Assembly (NCBI GenBank): GCA_965153355.1
Contig: OZ231126.1
Coordinates: forward strand, 24,614,001 to 24,678,000
Source: Flaccisagitta enflata
Lineage: Eukaryota
DNA length: 64,000 nucleotides
Reading direction: 5' to 3'
Positions 27,002 through 41,365 of this stretch are shown here, piece after piece. Below the pieces are notes generated by a model. The model had not been told where the DNA came from. It saw only the letters and a program-made list of their open reading frames with translations, and made no database searches. Position numbers and translations under genes: made by a program. Every line of letters begins with the position of its first letter. The stretch's first letter is position 1.

Positions 27002-28371
27002 TTTGTTGTATTTTAGAATGTGCCAATAAAAAAATGCCTTAGGGCTAAATTTACCTCATAGGCAATCCCAATGGGTCAGTCTAGTCTGAAAATTTTCAAC
27101 GACCTAATGCAGCCAAACCAAGCACAGCAGAGGCGAAGTTGTTTATTTTGTTGATAGTATGTACAGTCATGAATCAATAAATCCGACTTGGACTATTTGT
27201 TTTCAAAATTTGTCCTCATTACAGTCATCCCTTTAAGTTACTATTTGTTCCATTGTTCATCCGTTGGACCGTTTGTCACAAAGTTGTTTGGAAGGCTTTT
27301 TTAAATACATTTTTGATCATCCGAGAACAAACTTGGAAGAGTAGGCATAGGTCATTTTAGAAATTTTCGTCCAGCAGTCTGTTTGTCTGTCTGTCTGTCT
27401 TTTTGGAAATGCCGACGCACACGACGTTGGCCTAATGACCTTGTTGCCTGACAAGCCGGTGCCGATTCTGTGTAGCATGGTAGAAATGCTAAGCGGCAGG
27501 CAAACGGCAAAGTGCGGCAGATTTGGTCGAAGATTTGGTCGAAGACAGAAAGAAAAAAGGCCGTTGAAAATGTGTAAATTTGAGAATATTTGCGGCAGCA
27601 CATGGACAGATGATTCCAACTTCTCGGATCTCGATATTGGTGTATGTAACGCTCATTTGCATAATGCAGTTTACTGTTTCATTCAAGGCAATAAACTTTT
27701 TTCATCAAGAAAAACGTTCATACTAGCTTCAGAAATTGTTTTTGATTTTATGACCATGAAAGCCCATATAACAACCAAAAAAACAGCATATATGATGGAC
27801 TCAATTCTAGAATGTTTCCACATTCCAACACGATTGCTTTTTGTTTGAAAGGATATTTATAAACAAAAAATTTCGTCACAACAACGAAATTATCCACACC
27901 CCCAAGCATTGAAAAAGGTCGCCGATGGGTCTCGGCCTCACGACTGTCTAATAGTCTACGGCTTTGAGGTGGCCCTTCTCTAGCGGCTAGATCGCGGTTG
28001 TTAGTGAAACTCTCGGAGAACTCTCCCGTTGATCTCTTTCGTCTTCACCGCACTGTCAACTGACAAACTAGAAAATTAGTCGTGTAACTTGCATTTTTTC
28101 GGTTCATAGGGATGTGCTTATCAAATTCCGCGTGAATAGGTTGTGCATCGTTGACGAACGATGGGCCAAAGTCTACGCACAATACGTACTCCATAGCCTG
28201 TGTAAACATGAGAAGTGCGGCAGCTTCTGCTAAATTACAGCGTAGAGAAATCGGAAGCTCTGCTCTGTCATAAGTCTGCATTCCACTTTTTTGACATTTT
28301 CTTCTATCTTCTTTTTTCCCCTTCCACTATCTCATCCTTTCAATCTTTCAATCTTTCTTTCTTTCTTTCGT

Positions 28372-28451
<80 letters not shown>

Positions 28452-28513
28452 TCCTTCTTTCGGTCTTTCTTTTTTTAGTCCCTTTTTTCTTTCTTTTCCT
28501 CTTTCTTTCCTTC

Positions 28514-29284
28514 TACAGGGAGTACCCCGCCAAAATAAACAAAAGAAAACGACACAATTCTGCAATAGAAAAAGATATTTCAAATCTGAAAAAAAATGTT
28601 AGAAAGCCCTGTGAAAACGAATTTACCCTGTTCTGATACATTCCAACCTCCTATCGGTTTTGGATCTCCATAAAATGCTTTTTAAAAACGTTCATTTTGA
28701 AAAATGCATTTTATCAAATTTCTCTTATCTAAAGAGGCTGAACCTTCATCTTTATTTCAATATCATTTCCAAACAAACTGAGCTAAAAACATGAGATTGG
28801 GCTCATATTAAAGATAATTTGATAAATTTTATGAAAATCTTAGAATAGATACAGTGGGGATATGTCATATAGAGAAAACTGTTTTTTTTCTCTCCACTTT
28901 CAATATCCTGCTTAGAGATGTTGGATGCTATGAATTGTCTACACTAGCCCGTATGCTTAATTTTCAAAATAATGTAAGCATATCTAAAATCTACATTGAA
29001 TACGCACTAATGCTGGTGACATCCTACAATTTTTAAAGGGATACATTGATTTTATGTTCAAAAACCTTTAAAAATCCACAATTTTCCTTTGGAACACAGA
29101 AAAAAGCTGTAATTTTTTTTCAAAATGATGTGGGCAATAAGTAGTTATTTTTCATAAACTCTCAACTGAACAGTAAAAAATCGTTTTAAGGGCTTTCTGG
29201 ATCTTTTTTCAAAATTGATCTACCATCTCTAGAAGCAAAGTTGTGTCGTTTTCTTTTGTTTCATTTGGCGGGGTATTCCATGTA
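28514..29284. mobile_element. Tc1/mariner-type MITE (TA-CAGGG termini, long imperfect TIR)
   Basis: TACAGGGAGTACCCCGCCAAAATAAACAAAAGAAAACGACACAA versus TTGTGTCGTTTTCTTTTGTTTCATTTGGCGGGGTATTCCATGTA. Confidence 0.8.
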
Positions 29285-29599
29285 CATGTCTCCAATCATC
29301 ATGATTATCCATTCTTTTACCTGAAACTTCGACCTTTTATTCATAACTTATGTCCCTTCCCATTCCTCTAGGCACCTGCTTGAGTTTTTGTCTGATACCA
29401 CTCCTCGACCTTTAAGTCTCCATCCCACCCCTCTCACCTTATCCTCTTCGCTTTCTGTCTCTTTCGCGCGCATCGTTTCTGCAAGATAACGTTTCAATGG
29501 AGAAAACGGAGAAGGTTTTCAAATGAAATCAACAAAACCAGAAATAGAAGAGGGAAGTGTTTCTTCTGCAAGCGCCTTTCGTTACTTTTCTTCCCCTCT

Positions 29600-29749
29600 T
29601 TCCGTCTTCCCTTCTTTGCTTCCTTTCTTCTTTGCTTCTTTCTTTCTCTCTTCATTTCTTTGTTTCTTCCTTGCTTTCTATCTTTCTCACTTTCTTTCTC
29701 TCTTTCTCATCTTTTCCTTCCTTACTTTCTCTCTTTTTTCTCTCTTTTT

Positions 29750-29825
<76 letters not shown>

Positions 29826-29886
29826 TCGTTCTTTCTTTTTTTCTTTCTTTCTTTATTTCTTCTCTTTCTTTCTTTCTTTCTTTCAT

Positions 29887-29942
<56 letters not shown>

Positions 29943-29946
29943 TCAT

Positions 29947-30006
<60 letters not shown>

Positions 30007-30092
30007 TTTTCTTTCTTTCTTTCTTTCTTTCTTTTGCTCTTTCTTTTGCTCTTTCTCTCACCTGTCTGTCTGTCTTTCTTTTTTTCTTTTTT

Positions 30093-30168
<76 letters not shown>

Positions 30169-30231
30169 TCCTTTGCTCTTTCTTCTGCTCTTTCTCTCAC
30201 CTGTCTGTCTGTCTTTCTTTCTTTCTTCTTT

Positions 30232-30319
<88 letters not shown>

Positions 30320-30335
30320 TTTTTCTTTCTTTCTG
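29600..30335. repeat. Long (CTTT)n tract with an internal duplication
   Basis: Direct reading; the CACCTGTCTGTCTG interruption occurs twice. Confidence 0.95.
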
Positions 30336-30702
30336 TGATCAATTCGATTTTGTTTTTGTTTTTATTTTCACTTATCTTACCCTTAAGATGTTTTGCCTGA
30401 CAATTGTCTCTACTTATTTTTATAGAATATTGAAGTGGAACCGGAAGTCGGAATGGAAGTGGAAGCGGAAATAGAATCTGTGGTGAAAGCAGAGACTGAG
30501 CCGAGGTATAAACGTGAAAGGTGCAGCGCCGGAGGGAAAGGCAGAGGCAGTCGCGAAGGCAGAGGCAGAACCCCCTTGTGCAATGAACGCAAAAGCTGAA
30601 GTGGCAGAGGCAATGGCAGGAGGCAGAAGGCAGATGCGAAGGTGAATATTCATTTGTAAGAAGAGCAGACAGGAAAGTGGAGTGGTAAGCGCAGGCAGCT
30701 TT

Positions 30703-32216
30703 ATAGTCCAGGATTTAAAGAAAAGGACTCGGCAAATTTGGAGCAAAGCGTGAAAATTTGCATACAAGGTCAGTTTTTTGTGCCGAACAAGATCAGACGG
30801 GGTGCTTGTCTGATTTTTGAGTGCACCCTGTCTAAAAACACGTTTTTAAGCCAAAAAAACACTTCAAAGTTGCGCTGACGCCAGAGTAATTGACCGATGA
30901 CTATAAAATTTTAGGTGAAGAAAAATATGCTTTTTATCTACTTGCATGCAAAATTTCAGCAAAATCGGTCAAGTAGAAGCGGAGCTATGGCTTTTTAAAG
31001 TCTAGGCCTATTTTCAAAAAAAGGGCTATATTTCAATTTTGAGGTAAAATTTTGGTTTTTTGAGCTAGAAGTCTGATACTAGTTTTGATTATTTATTTTA
31101 CCCCAATTTACTCTAAAAACAAAAGAAATTGAAAAAATTCCATGTTTTTTTCATATTTTTGCCCAAAAAATCAAAAAATTGAGTTTCAGAATTAAGGCCT
31201 GATTTTTGAAAAAGGCTAGTTCTAGGAAAATATTGAAATTATTGGCGCCCACTATGGGAATCAATTGTCATCAAGTGTACTAACTTATTCCCAAACTTTC
31301 AGAGGGGTACGTCAACCCAAAAAGACAAAAAATCATTTCAAAGTTTAGAAAAAAAAGATCCCAAAATTTTGCATTTTTAGACTTCCTGGGATATTTTGTT
31401 ATGCTATGGCCAAACGCTTCAGGCAATTTGCCTAAAATTTTGTATGCAAGTCCCTATATGTAAGGGGCATATCTGAGCCAAATTTCAGCTTAATAATCAA
31501 ACTTTGAGTTTTTTCATATCTCAAAGAGGGTAAAAAAATGCCAAATTTTGGTATTTTTTCTTTAGACTTTGAAATGTTTTTTTGTCTTTTTGGGAAAGTG
31601 TACCCCTTTGAAATTTTGGAAATAAGTTGGTACGCTTAATGGCAACATATTCATTCAGTAAGCACCATTAATTTTGATATTTTCCTTGAACTAGCCTATT
31701 TTGAAGACCACGCCTAAATTTTAAAACTGAATTTTTTGTTTTTTTAGCCAAAAAATGAAAAAACCACCAAATTTTTTAAATTTGTTTTGCTTTTCAGGTC
31801 AATTAGGATAAAGTTAATGTTTGAAAACAATTTCAGACTTATAGCTTAAAAAAACCAAATTTTACCCTAAAATTGAAACATAGCCCTTTTTTTGAAAAAA
31901 GGCCTAGACTTTAAACGGCAATATCTCCGCTTCTACTGAACCGATTTTGCTGAAATTTTGAATGCAAGCAGAAAAAAGGCATAATTTTTTTCACCTAAAA
32001 TTTTATAACAATCGGTCAATTCGTTTTGCGTCAGTGCAACTTCAAAGTTTTTTTTTTTTGAAAAAACATGTTTTTTTATAGAGTGCACTAAAAAATCAGA
32101 CGTGTACCCCATCTAGTCTTCTTCAGCACAAAAAACTGACCCTGTATGCAAATTTTCAGGCTTTGCTCCAAAGTCGCCAAGATCTGAGCTTTTATCCCTT
32201 TTAAAGACTGGACTAT
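30703..32216. mobile_element. About 1.5-kb foldback element (whole element is an imperfect palindrome)
   Basis: ATAGTCCAG...CTGGACTAT termini. The arms pair across about 700 bp with the centre near 31460. The element interrupts a GGAAGC/GCAGAG-type degenerate repeat present on both flanks. Confidence 0.85.
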
Positions 32217-32669
32217 TTAGAAGTGCAAGCAAAGGTGCGTTCGAAGTGGGAGTGGAAGCAGAAGTGGAAGCAGAGGCGGGAACGGAAATGGAAGTGGAGG
32301 CTGGATTCAGAATGTAGCGGGTAGCAGACAAACAAGTGATACGGGGTCGCAATATCGTTGCGGATGGGCGGGCAGGGGCATCTGACCCCCATCCTCACTC
32401 AACGCCCCTCCCAACCCCCTTCCCACAGACACTTACGCAAAAAAGCTTCTAAAACGCTTGTTTTCTCACTTTTCGACTCAATCATTACCGACGGACAGAC
32501 GGACTAACGGACGGACGGACGGACCAACGGACAAAGCCTCATATAGAGTTGCGTGTCCGCAACTAAAAGCAAGCGAAAGCGAAAGCGGAAGTTGAATTGA
32601 AAGAGGAAAGGCTAAGAACGTAGAACCATCCTCGTTTCGTCTTTGTGCAAAAAGTGATAATTTTGATAA

Positions 32670-32781
<112 letters not shown>

Positions 32782-32932
32782 GTTAGGTTGATTCAGTTTT
32801 CGAATTTAGGTTTTGCTTCAGAGTTCAGACGTGGGTGGATGGTGTCAAACTGTCAACATACCGAGGAAATCTTAATGAACCACAACAATGATATTTGCCA
32901 CCTACAATTACTTTGAAAATCATGGTCTCGTA

Positions 32933-33163
32933 TTTCAGAAATGAAATTGAGAGGAAAAGGTTTAAGAATCGGGAAAATATCAACAATCGGGGTGAGTTTA
33001 TTATGTTTAAGACCGCAGTTGAAGAATCCAATTTTGTGAGGAAAACTTTCAGAAATGAAATTGAGAGGAAAAGGTTTAAGAATCGGGAAAATATCAACAA
33101 TCGGGGTGAGTTTATTATGTTTAAGACCGCCGTTGAAGAATCCAATTTTGTGAGGAAAACTTT
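32933..33163. repeat. 114-bp near-exact tandem duplication
   Basis: TTTCAGAAATGAAATTGAGAGG at 32933 and 33047. Confidence 0.95.
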
Positions 33164-33450
33164 TAGTCAGAGGTTTTCCATCATTGCTTTTTCTCGAGTT
33201 TTCGGTTTGTTGGTATTCTTCTTTTCAATCTCTTTTTCTTTTGCTTGTCTCGTTGCAGCTTTTGTGTTTGAGAGGAAAACTGTTTTGCACCCAAACATCT
33301 ATTTCTCTCTCTTACTCTGTATTGACAGTTTAGCTCTCTGTCTCCATCTCCGTATGTCCGTCTGTCTGTCTGTCTGTCTGTCTATCTGTCTTTCTGTCTG
33401 TCTGTCTGTCTATCTGTCTAACTGTCTATCAGTCTGTCCGTTTGTCTGTC

Positions 33451-33555
<105 letters not shown>

Positions 33556-33861
33556 TTTTGAAGAATTTTTTTCACCCAAGAGAAATGTCTCACATGTCGA
33601 GACGATGGGGAGGATGGAAATAAAAGGAGAAAAAAACATAGGAACATGAAAAAAAGAAAATAAGAAGAGGCATTAGGTCGTTCTCTCTCTAAGTCGCACG
33701 ACAAAGAAAAAAAGAAACGAAAGAAAAAAAAAAAAGAAGAAGGAAGCAACGAAAATTATGTTTTGTTGTTATCTGTTTTGGTTCCAACTTTCTTTGTTCA
33801 AATTGATTGAGTTTCTGATCTCTTTTTGGCTTCTATTCTCAAAAGCAGATGCTAACATGGG

Positions 33862-33930
<69 letters not shown>

Positions 33931-33966
33931 CTCCACCAAAAAAAGACATTGATTTCAAGCTCCAGG

Positions 33967-34022
<56 letters not shown>

Positions 34023-34905
34023 TAGACAGACAGACAGACTCACATACTGAGTCAATACAGAGTAAGAGAGAGAAATGGATGTTTGGGTGCAAAACAGTAT
34101 GCTAGACGGAAAAAAAGGGGTAGAAATCAGAGATGAACCGAAGTCTAATGTCATTACGATGATGAAATGACCAAATAATCTGTCAGCTTTTTTTGGCAAT
34201 TCTTGTCTTCATTAAATGAACGTAAGGCCACTCACGAAAGATCGCCTTTCTCCACCACTGCGGCAATCATCGCAAATACCGTTAAGCTTCACTAAAGTAG
34301 GGTATAAGGTCGATTGCCGAGGTTGTAATCGGTATTTGGGCACCATGTTTTTGTCAAAATTATTGTATTACACATAACATACATATTATTTATAGAGACT
34401 ATTATTTATTAGACATAACATATATATTAGATCATATAGAGGATGAATAGTACAATTCTTATACTCATTTTGATTATTTTTAACCAGGGGCCGACATGTT
34501 TTAAGTAAGAGGTAAGACGCGCGAAAAATCGCAAAAATGAGAAAAACTGTTTGATGGGAATGGAATGGAAATGGTCTAGTTTTAAAAATATTTAGTAATA
34601 GAATATGAAATCTCAAGAAATAGATAACAGTAGCCTCTTGGGACCCCTCCAAGGATCCTCTTGAAGCCCCAAAATAGCAAAAAAAAAAAAAAAAGATATG
34701 TTTATTTATTTTATTTATTTATTATTTTTTTTTTTTTGCGTTTCAAGGGCCTGAGTAAAGAAGGCCTTTAGTAGTGCTGCCTTATTACCAATAAAGCAAC
34801 CACTACAAAATCTCTCATAGGACAGTTTGGTGTAAGCCTTATAAGTTATAGGTGTGCACGACTTGGTAGCGGGTGCGCTTTAGCGGTACTCCACTGTACG
34901 TGATA

Positions 34906-34986
34906 GCAGCTCCTCCACATGTATCATGAGCCAGGTAAGTAATGCAGCTCCTCCACATGTATCATGAGCCAGGTAAGTAATGCAGC
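34906..34986. repeat. 38-bp exact tandem duplication
   Basis: GCAGCTCCTCCACATGTATCATGAGCCAGGTAAGTAAT at 34906 and 34944. Confidence 0.95.
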
Positions 34987-35992
34987 AATGAAAATAATGT
35001 ATACACTGTATGGAGATACGTACTTCCCTTTTCACTTTCGTCTTACCTTAGGATATTTATGCATCTGCACTAAGACAAAGTTCATCATCGCATTTCAATT
35101 ATAAAATTGCAAAAAACTACAGTGGAGCACCGTCTTTGCCCACCCACAAGCAATTGATGTTCCATCAGAAATCATATATTTATTTCTACAATATCAATGA
35201 GGCAGCTTCTTAGTAAGACAATATTTTTTTCAAGCCTTTTACTTCAGGTGACGCTCAGGTGAAAATTAACCCTAGATAATAGTAGTAGATTGGTAAATAT
35301 TGAAAGCCTTATGTCGCGTCCGGTGAGCAGGAACAGTGACAGACAAGGTCAATTTAGTGTTGCGGCGGGGTCGCTGATTCAACAAACCATCTTGGTCATT
35401 ACAATATTACATGCCCCGTAAAGTGTGAACGACTATCGCGTAGGTGGGTGGAGTGGGATATGTTGGCGTTAGATACTTTTTCCCCATCGCATCAGGGTGG
35501 AATTTGATGGACTGTGTAGGTATGTGGATGAGTAGTGATCGACCGACATAGCACCATGAAGAGAAGAAAACTGGGTGTGAAAACCAAATCTATAACGTCT
35601 GCGGATAAATGTCTCTGAGCTCTGAAACTAGATTGGGGCAACACGAAACTGGTCATGGTATAGCACTAGGACATGGACCACATATACTGCCTGAATTCCT
35701 GCAAGAAATTTTATGTCAACTATCATAGATCAATAGATGGAACATCTTGAAGAAATTAAATCTTTCCTACACCAGGGTGCGTCACGAGGCCGATTCCTTC
35801 CTATCCTTCCAAAGTGCCTTAAGTTGCCTCTTTGTACATGTAAGATTTTAAACTTTTCACTTTCATTTTGTACTTTCATTTTCGAAACAAAATTTTCAAT
35901 GTTTTGTGATACGTTGGGCGAAGATTCCCCTCCTCTTCCTCATCCTCCTGTTCCACTCCCTCCTCCTCTTTCCCGCTTCATTCACGCGGCAT

Positions 35993-36062
<70 letters not shown>

Positions 36063-37959
36063 ATCTCAGTGTCCCAATTCAAGGCACCAACATTCGTTTT
36101 CTTCAACATTATTTTTCGTCTTGGCTTCATCTTCTTCATCTTCATCTTCTTCTTCCTCCTTTGACTTCTTCTCCTAAACATCGTCTTAAGACGTTTCCTC
36201 TCTCTCTCCCTCTCTCTCCCTTTCTCTCGTTCTTCTATTCCGAAACCGTTTGCATAACATTCATTCTCAGTTTTCTCATCCTCCTCTCTTTCCTCCTCCT
36301 CCTCCTCTACCATCGGCTCCATTCCATATATATTCCTTCTGCTTTTTGGCGGGCGGTCTCCATGGAAAATGCACCTGGGATTCCGTAAATACTATCAGCA
36401 CCATATTCAAATTAGGACTACTTGATGGTAAGTCGGTTCATTGTAATTTGCATGATGGTCACATATGTTATCCGATATGATAATCGTCGTCTGCTCCTTC
36501 TTCGTTTCGCTGCGCTTGTAATTACATTGGGGGAAAAGGGGGATCACGTGATAGTCTGAAGACTATGTCACGTGACATTCCGACGGTTCTGTTTCTGTTG
36601 CCATTCTACGATTTTGTGGGTTATTACGCGGCCTTTCGATCATTCTGTTGCAGAAGACTTGTTCGTAGATATTTTGATAATATTGTCCTTTACTACAAGA
36701 AATCTTACAGTGATTATTTTAAACTACATTTTGTAAATATTTTGTCATGTAAAATCCTTCAATGGTCTCGTCATGTAATACATCGATGATGATGTTAGAG
36801 TCATACGATTTCTTTTTTTTTTTTTTTTTTTTTGGTCAAAATGAATTTTGATAATCACGCCATAATGTTGTGATATGGCATACGAATAACATTCCCAAAT
36901 GACAATCTACTTATCATGTCATTTGATTATTTGCAAATCTTATCATATGGCCATTCATTTGCCACGTGAACTTGCATAAGGGTTTCACGATAGTCATTCA
37001 TTCGGTAAACTGCTGTTTTTGTTTTCAAGATAGTCATTGATCTGTTCAAAATGCTGTTTTTGTGTGTCCATGTTGTCTTCCATGTGGTCTCGACCAGTCT
37101 TCTTTAGTGGCTATTTATTGATCTTGCCTCATGTCACGTTGGTAGCCGCGTCGGACAGTCATTAAAGGGTCATATTCTTTATTAAGGATAAGTTCCAAAG
37201 TTTGACTTCTTTCAAAATTCACTCTCGCACTTTTGCTCTCTAAGAAGTTCTCATTTCAATTGTTGTGCGCGTATCAATGTCTGTCCGCAAAATGACCATT
37301 TCGGTCCAACATCTTCTTCGATTTTGTCATCTATCTTTGAAGGTTTTATCGTTCTTTCCGAATTGCATATAGTTTTGAGCCCCAGTCTATTTCAAGTCGC
37401 CATCTGCTTCTCACGAACATAACTCCTCTTTTGCTTCCATTCCTTTATTCTTTTTGAACGGCGGTCCAAAAGGGCCGATGTCCTATGGAATACAGGGGTA
37501 AATCTAGATATATCTGAACATCACCCCCCCCTACCCCTTGCGTGACCTGCCCCAATCCAGCTTATTTCATGAGAGTGACTCTGTGGTCAAATTAGGGGAT
37601 TGACTGGGAGCCTCAGAGGAGCGGATTTATCATTGCAGAATGGGAATGGCTCGACCACAGATGTAGTAGCATCAAAAGCTTATGATTTTTCCGGCACCTT
37701 TTAATGGTGGGCCTGAACAAATTTTGGATACAAGCCAAAACATATTCAATGATAGCTTTACTGGGATTTGGACCGCTTAGAGGCTAGTATTTGCGCTAGA
37801 GTCAATGCCATGCCACTGGTAATTGGGCGGTTAGGGTGGAATTTGGGCCTCAAGGCTTAGGTTTGACCCTCAAGGCTGGGACTTAGGCCTTGAGGTATGA
37901 ATTTTGGACCTTGAGGTGGGAATTTTAGACCTTGAGGCTGAGAAGGTACGAAGGAATAA

Positions 37960-38630
37960 CAGGTCACCCAAGGGCAATATGTGGTCAGCAATACCTGTTG
38001 CCCTGCTTTGCATGATTGTGAATTTAAATGAAAGAAAGTAGGGCAGCGGCCCCGAAGGGGGTGAAGTCCTGTAGAACACAGGGGACTTGCGTTCGTTTGT
38101 CCATTCGGCCGTCTGTCCATCCCCCCAGGCCCTCTCAGGCCTAAAATCTTCCCTCTCAGGCCTGAAATCTATCCTCTCAGGCTGGAGAGGGCAGATTTCA
38201 GGCCTGAGAGGGCAGATTCAAGGCCTGGGAGGGAAGATTTCAGGCCTGAGAGGGCAGATTTCAAGCCTGAGGGGGCAGATTTCAGGCCTGAGAGGGCAGA
38301 TTGTTGGAAAGGGCAGATTTCAGGTCTGAGAGGGCAGATTTCAGGCCTAAGAGGGCGATTTCAGGCCTGAGAGGGCATATTTCAGGCCTGAAAGGACAGA
38401 TTTCAAGCCTGAGAGGGCATATTTCAGGTCTGAGAGGGCATATTTCAAGCCTGAGAGGGTCGGGGGGGGGGGTTGAACAAATGAACGAACAGACAAACAA
38501 ACGTAAGTACCCTGTGTTCTACAGGACTTTGTTCCCTTTGGGGCCGCTGCCCAAAAGAAGGAGAAAGGGGAGAAATTTCCACCTATGTGAAAGCATAGGT
38601 CATAGGCCCCTATGCGGCTGCTGCCCAAAA
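37960..38630 (-). mobile_element. Second copy of the 21-bp-minisatellite element, opposite orientation
   Basis: CCCAAGGGCAATATGTGGTCAGC is the reverse complement of the 25900-25930 end; (AGATTTCAGGCCTGAGAGGGC)n array. Confidence 0.75.
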
Positions 38631-39537
38631 GGGTTTAATCCAATCCCAGCCAAGAAACTAACATCACAACTCGAACTCTTGCAGCCAATACATTGTTCAT
38701 CCAGCGCATTGCTCAGCTGCCCCTACCATGTAATTGCATTTTCCCCTCTTACAATACCATGGAATACCATGGAATACTGTTGCCGTTTTTACTTTGTTTC
38801 TTTCTATGCTATTAAGGATTCGTTTCTTAAATGGGATCTGGAGACGATGCATTTTTCTTTGCAACTGGTTTTTGTGATGGGATCTGCAGACAATGCATCT
38901 TTCTTTCAACTGGTTTTAGACCAATTTCTTTATCTTCATGGATTCTTTTTTCACAACATGTTTTTTTAATCATCCGCAGTGTTGCAGCTTGTCTTTCCGC
39001 TAGCAAACATTCATTTAGGTAATAGGGTTATCCCATTTTATCATCTGTATCATGCTCAATCATTGCATATATGGATCTGTTTTGGCAACGGGTACCGCTG
39101 ACCATTCTTGTGAAGATATTTCGCCATGTTTCTTGCTTCATTTCCTCGCGAATAAGAGACCATTTTGACTGGATCCGCTGGGCATTCTTTTAGCAATTAG
39201 TGCTCATCTTGTATCTTTACCATTATTGATTTCTTTGGACAACAGATTTCACAATGTAAGTACCTGTTTCTTTCTTTGTTTCTCTGCCATGACGGAGTTG
39301 TTTGGAAAATGAACTCCGATGACAATCTCAAAGTTGTGCAGCTTTTTTTCTTGTTGAGATTCGTTATAAAGAAAATGTTCTATCAACGGGTTCCTCTGAA
39401 CAACGCTGTTGCAACTTGTTTCTTATTGCGTTTCCTTCTTTCGCTATCATGGATTCGTTTTGGCCTTTCCGTAACCTCATTTCCTGGCCACGCGTTTCGT
39501 CTCTTTTTACCCGCGGGGCTTCATTCGTCCTTGCTCC

Positions 39538-39744
<207 letters not shown>

Positions 39745-40756
39745 GTTGAAGCTGCAGCCACTCCCACTCGCTCTCGCCATCATAAATCCAATATCATCAA
39801 GAATTAAACCCCGTTGGGTTTGCTTCTATTTTAGCGTGTCTGTCCCTGTTTTTTTCGCCATAACATAAAATCTGATTACATGAGATTTCGTTGGTCCCAA
39901 CAGATTTTTGTAAATTTATACTTGTTTCCTTTTTGAGGAGCGGCTCCCAGAGGTGAATTTCCAAGAATTAGTACATCCATATGTTTTTGCAACTTCTGAG
40001 TTCTGACTCCTGACTCCTGACGTTGTTAGTTTCAAATCTGCCACATTAGGCCTAAAATTTGCTTTCGCGGACTACAATACAACAGCTTTCCCCCCAAAAT
40101 ACTAAACCTAACCTTTCCAGTTTCCAAGACATTACATAGCTAAAATCTTGCCTAAACAGTCCGTTCCAAGCCTCCCAAGCATAATCCCTGACTTAGCGCC
40201 AAACAGAGATACATGCTGATCAGCAGATATACTTCAATATTCTACATAATATGGCAGAACTCTCCTGTTCTTTCCCTACTGATTTAGATCTTCATAATGA
40301 GTCGGGTACCGCCAAACATAAGCGATATTTAGATGAATAATCAGTTTATGGGTTAGTTTTCTGTACATACCATTCTGTATATTTTATCAATTTGAATCCA
40401 TCTGTCTAGGTGTTGCTGTTTTTGTTCTTCTGAATTTTTTTGTTTTACAGTTGATTGCTGCTTTATCGGCACCTAATTTAACATCATTTTGGATTTAGCA
40501 GCCAGGATACTTTGGTTCCAATTTTTTACAAGTTTTTACAATGTTGATTTTTCCTGATTTAACAACCTCCAATTTAACAGTCAAACCTGATTTAAAGGCA
40601 CTATCTTTTGGTCCCATTGAAAAATTCTTCCTGATTTGAGGCATCCATACAACAAATCAAATTCATATTTATTTTTTTGTTTTATTCATTTCTATTTTTA
40701 GCTAAAATGGAATATTACAGATACAAAATGAAGTAAGACAAAAATGAATATCTGTA

Positions 40757-41365
40757 TACAGATAGGTCTCAAATGAAAGGTGAGGAGGGACCCAAAGTTT
40801 TAGCAGCCCCCCCTCTATAGCCTAAATGGTTCAAGAAAATTTTTCACTTGCTGTAGAGGTTTACACCTTGGGTGAATACATTTGGCGCCACCATGGTGAT
40901 TTTTGAATTTCCATCTAGAACAACCCTAAATTTTCAAAATTGAAGAAAACAAGGCCGGATACACGGCTACCCCAGTCGCGTGCCAGTGGGCGGGGGCCGT
41001 ATTTGAGGTTACTTAATTACTTGGGCAGGAGCAGTGAGGCCAAAGACCGCAAAAAGCCAAAAAAAGTAAAGTGTGATGGACTGACGGACGGACGGACCGA
41101 CCAACCAACGGACAGACCGACGGACCGACAGACTGACAAAGCGGGTTGTAGAGTCGCGTAGCATGCGACTAAAAATTATTGATTCTTTTTCTATGTCCTA
41201 AAGGTGATTTGGCTGGAAATTCAAAAATTGCCACGGTGGGACCAATTGTATCCACCTAGGTATTAACTTGACTAGAAGAGAGAAAATTGTTTGAGCCATG
41301 TAAGCTGTAAAGCTGTAAAGCTGTAAAAGGGTTCCTCCTCACTTTTTATTTGGCTCCTGTCTGTA
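40757..41365. mobile_element. Palindromic TA-CAG MITE with a GACG-family element inserted near its centre (about 40948-41175)
   Basis: TACAGATAGG...AAAGGTGAGGAGGGACCC versus GGGTTCCTCCTCACTTT...CCTGTCTGTA. The inner arms GATTTTTGAATTTCC / GGAAATTCAAAAAT pair. Confidence 0.7.

Noticed and set aside
27040-28281. Possible transposase remnant (137-aa Cys-containing ORF)
   Set aside because: No recognisable catalytic motif or matching terminal repeats could be established by eye.
29523-30474. Long ORFs of 246-305 aa (also 45693-47436, 51445-52899, 39276-39868 and similar)
   Set aside because: Translations of stop-free microsatellites and minisatellites.
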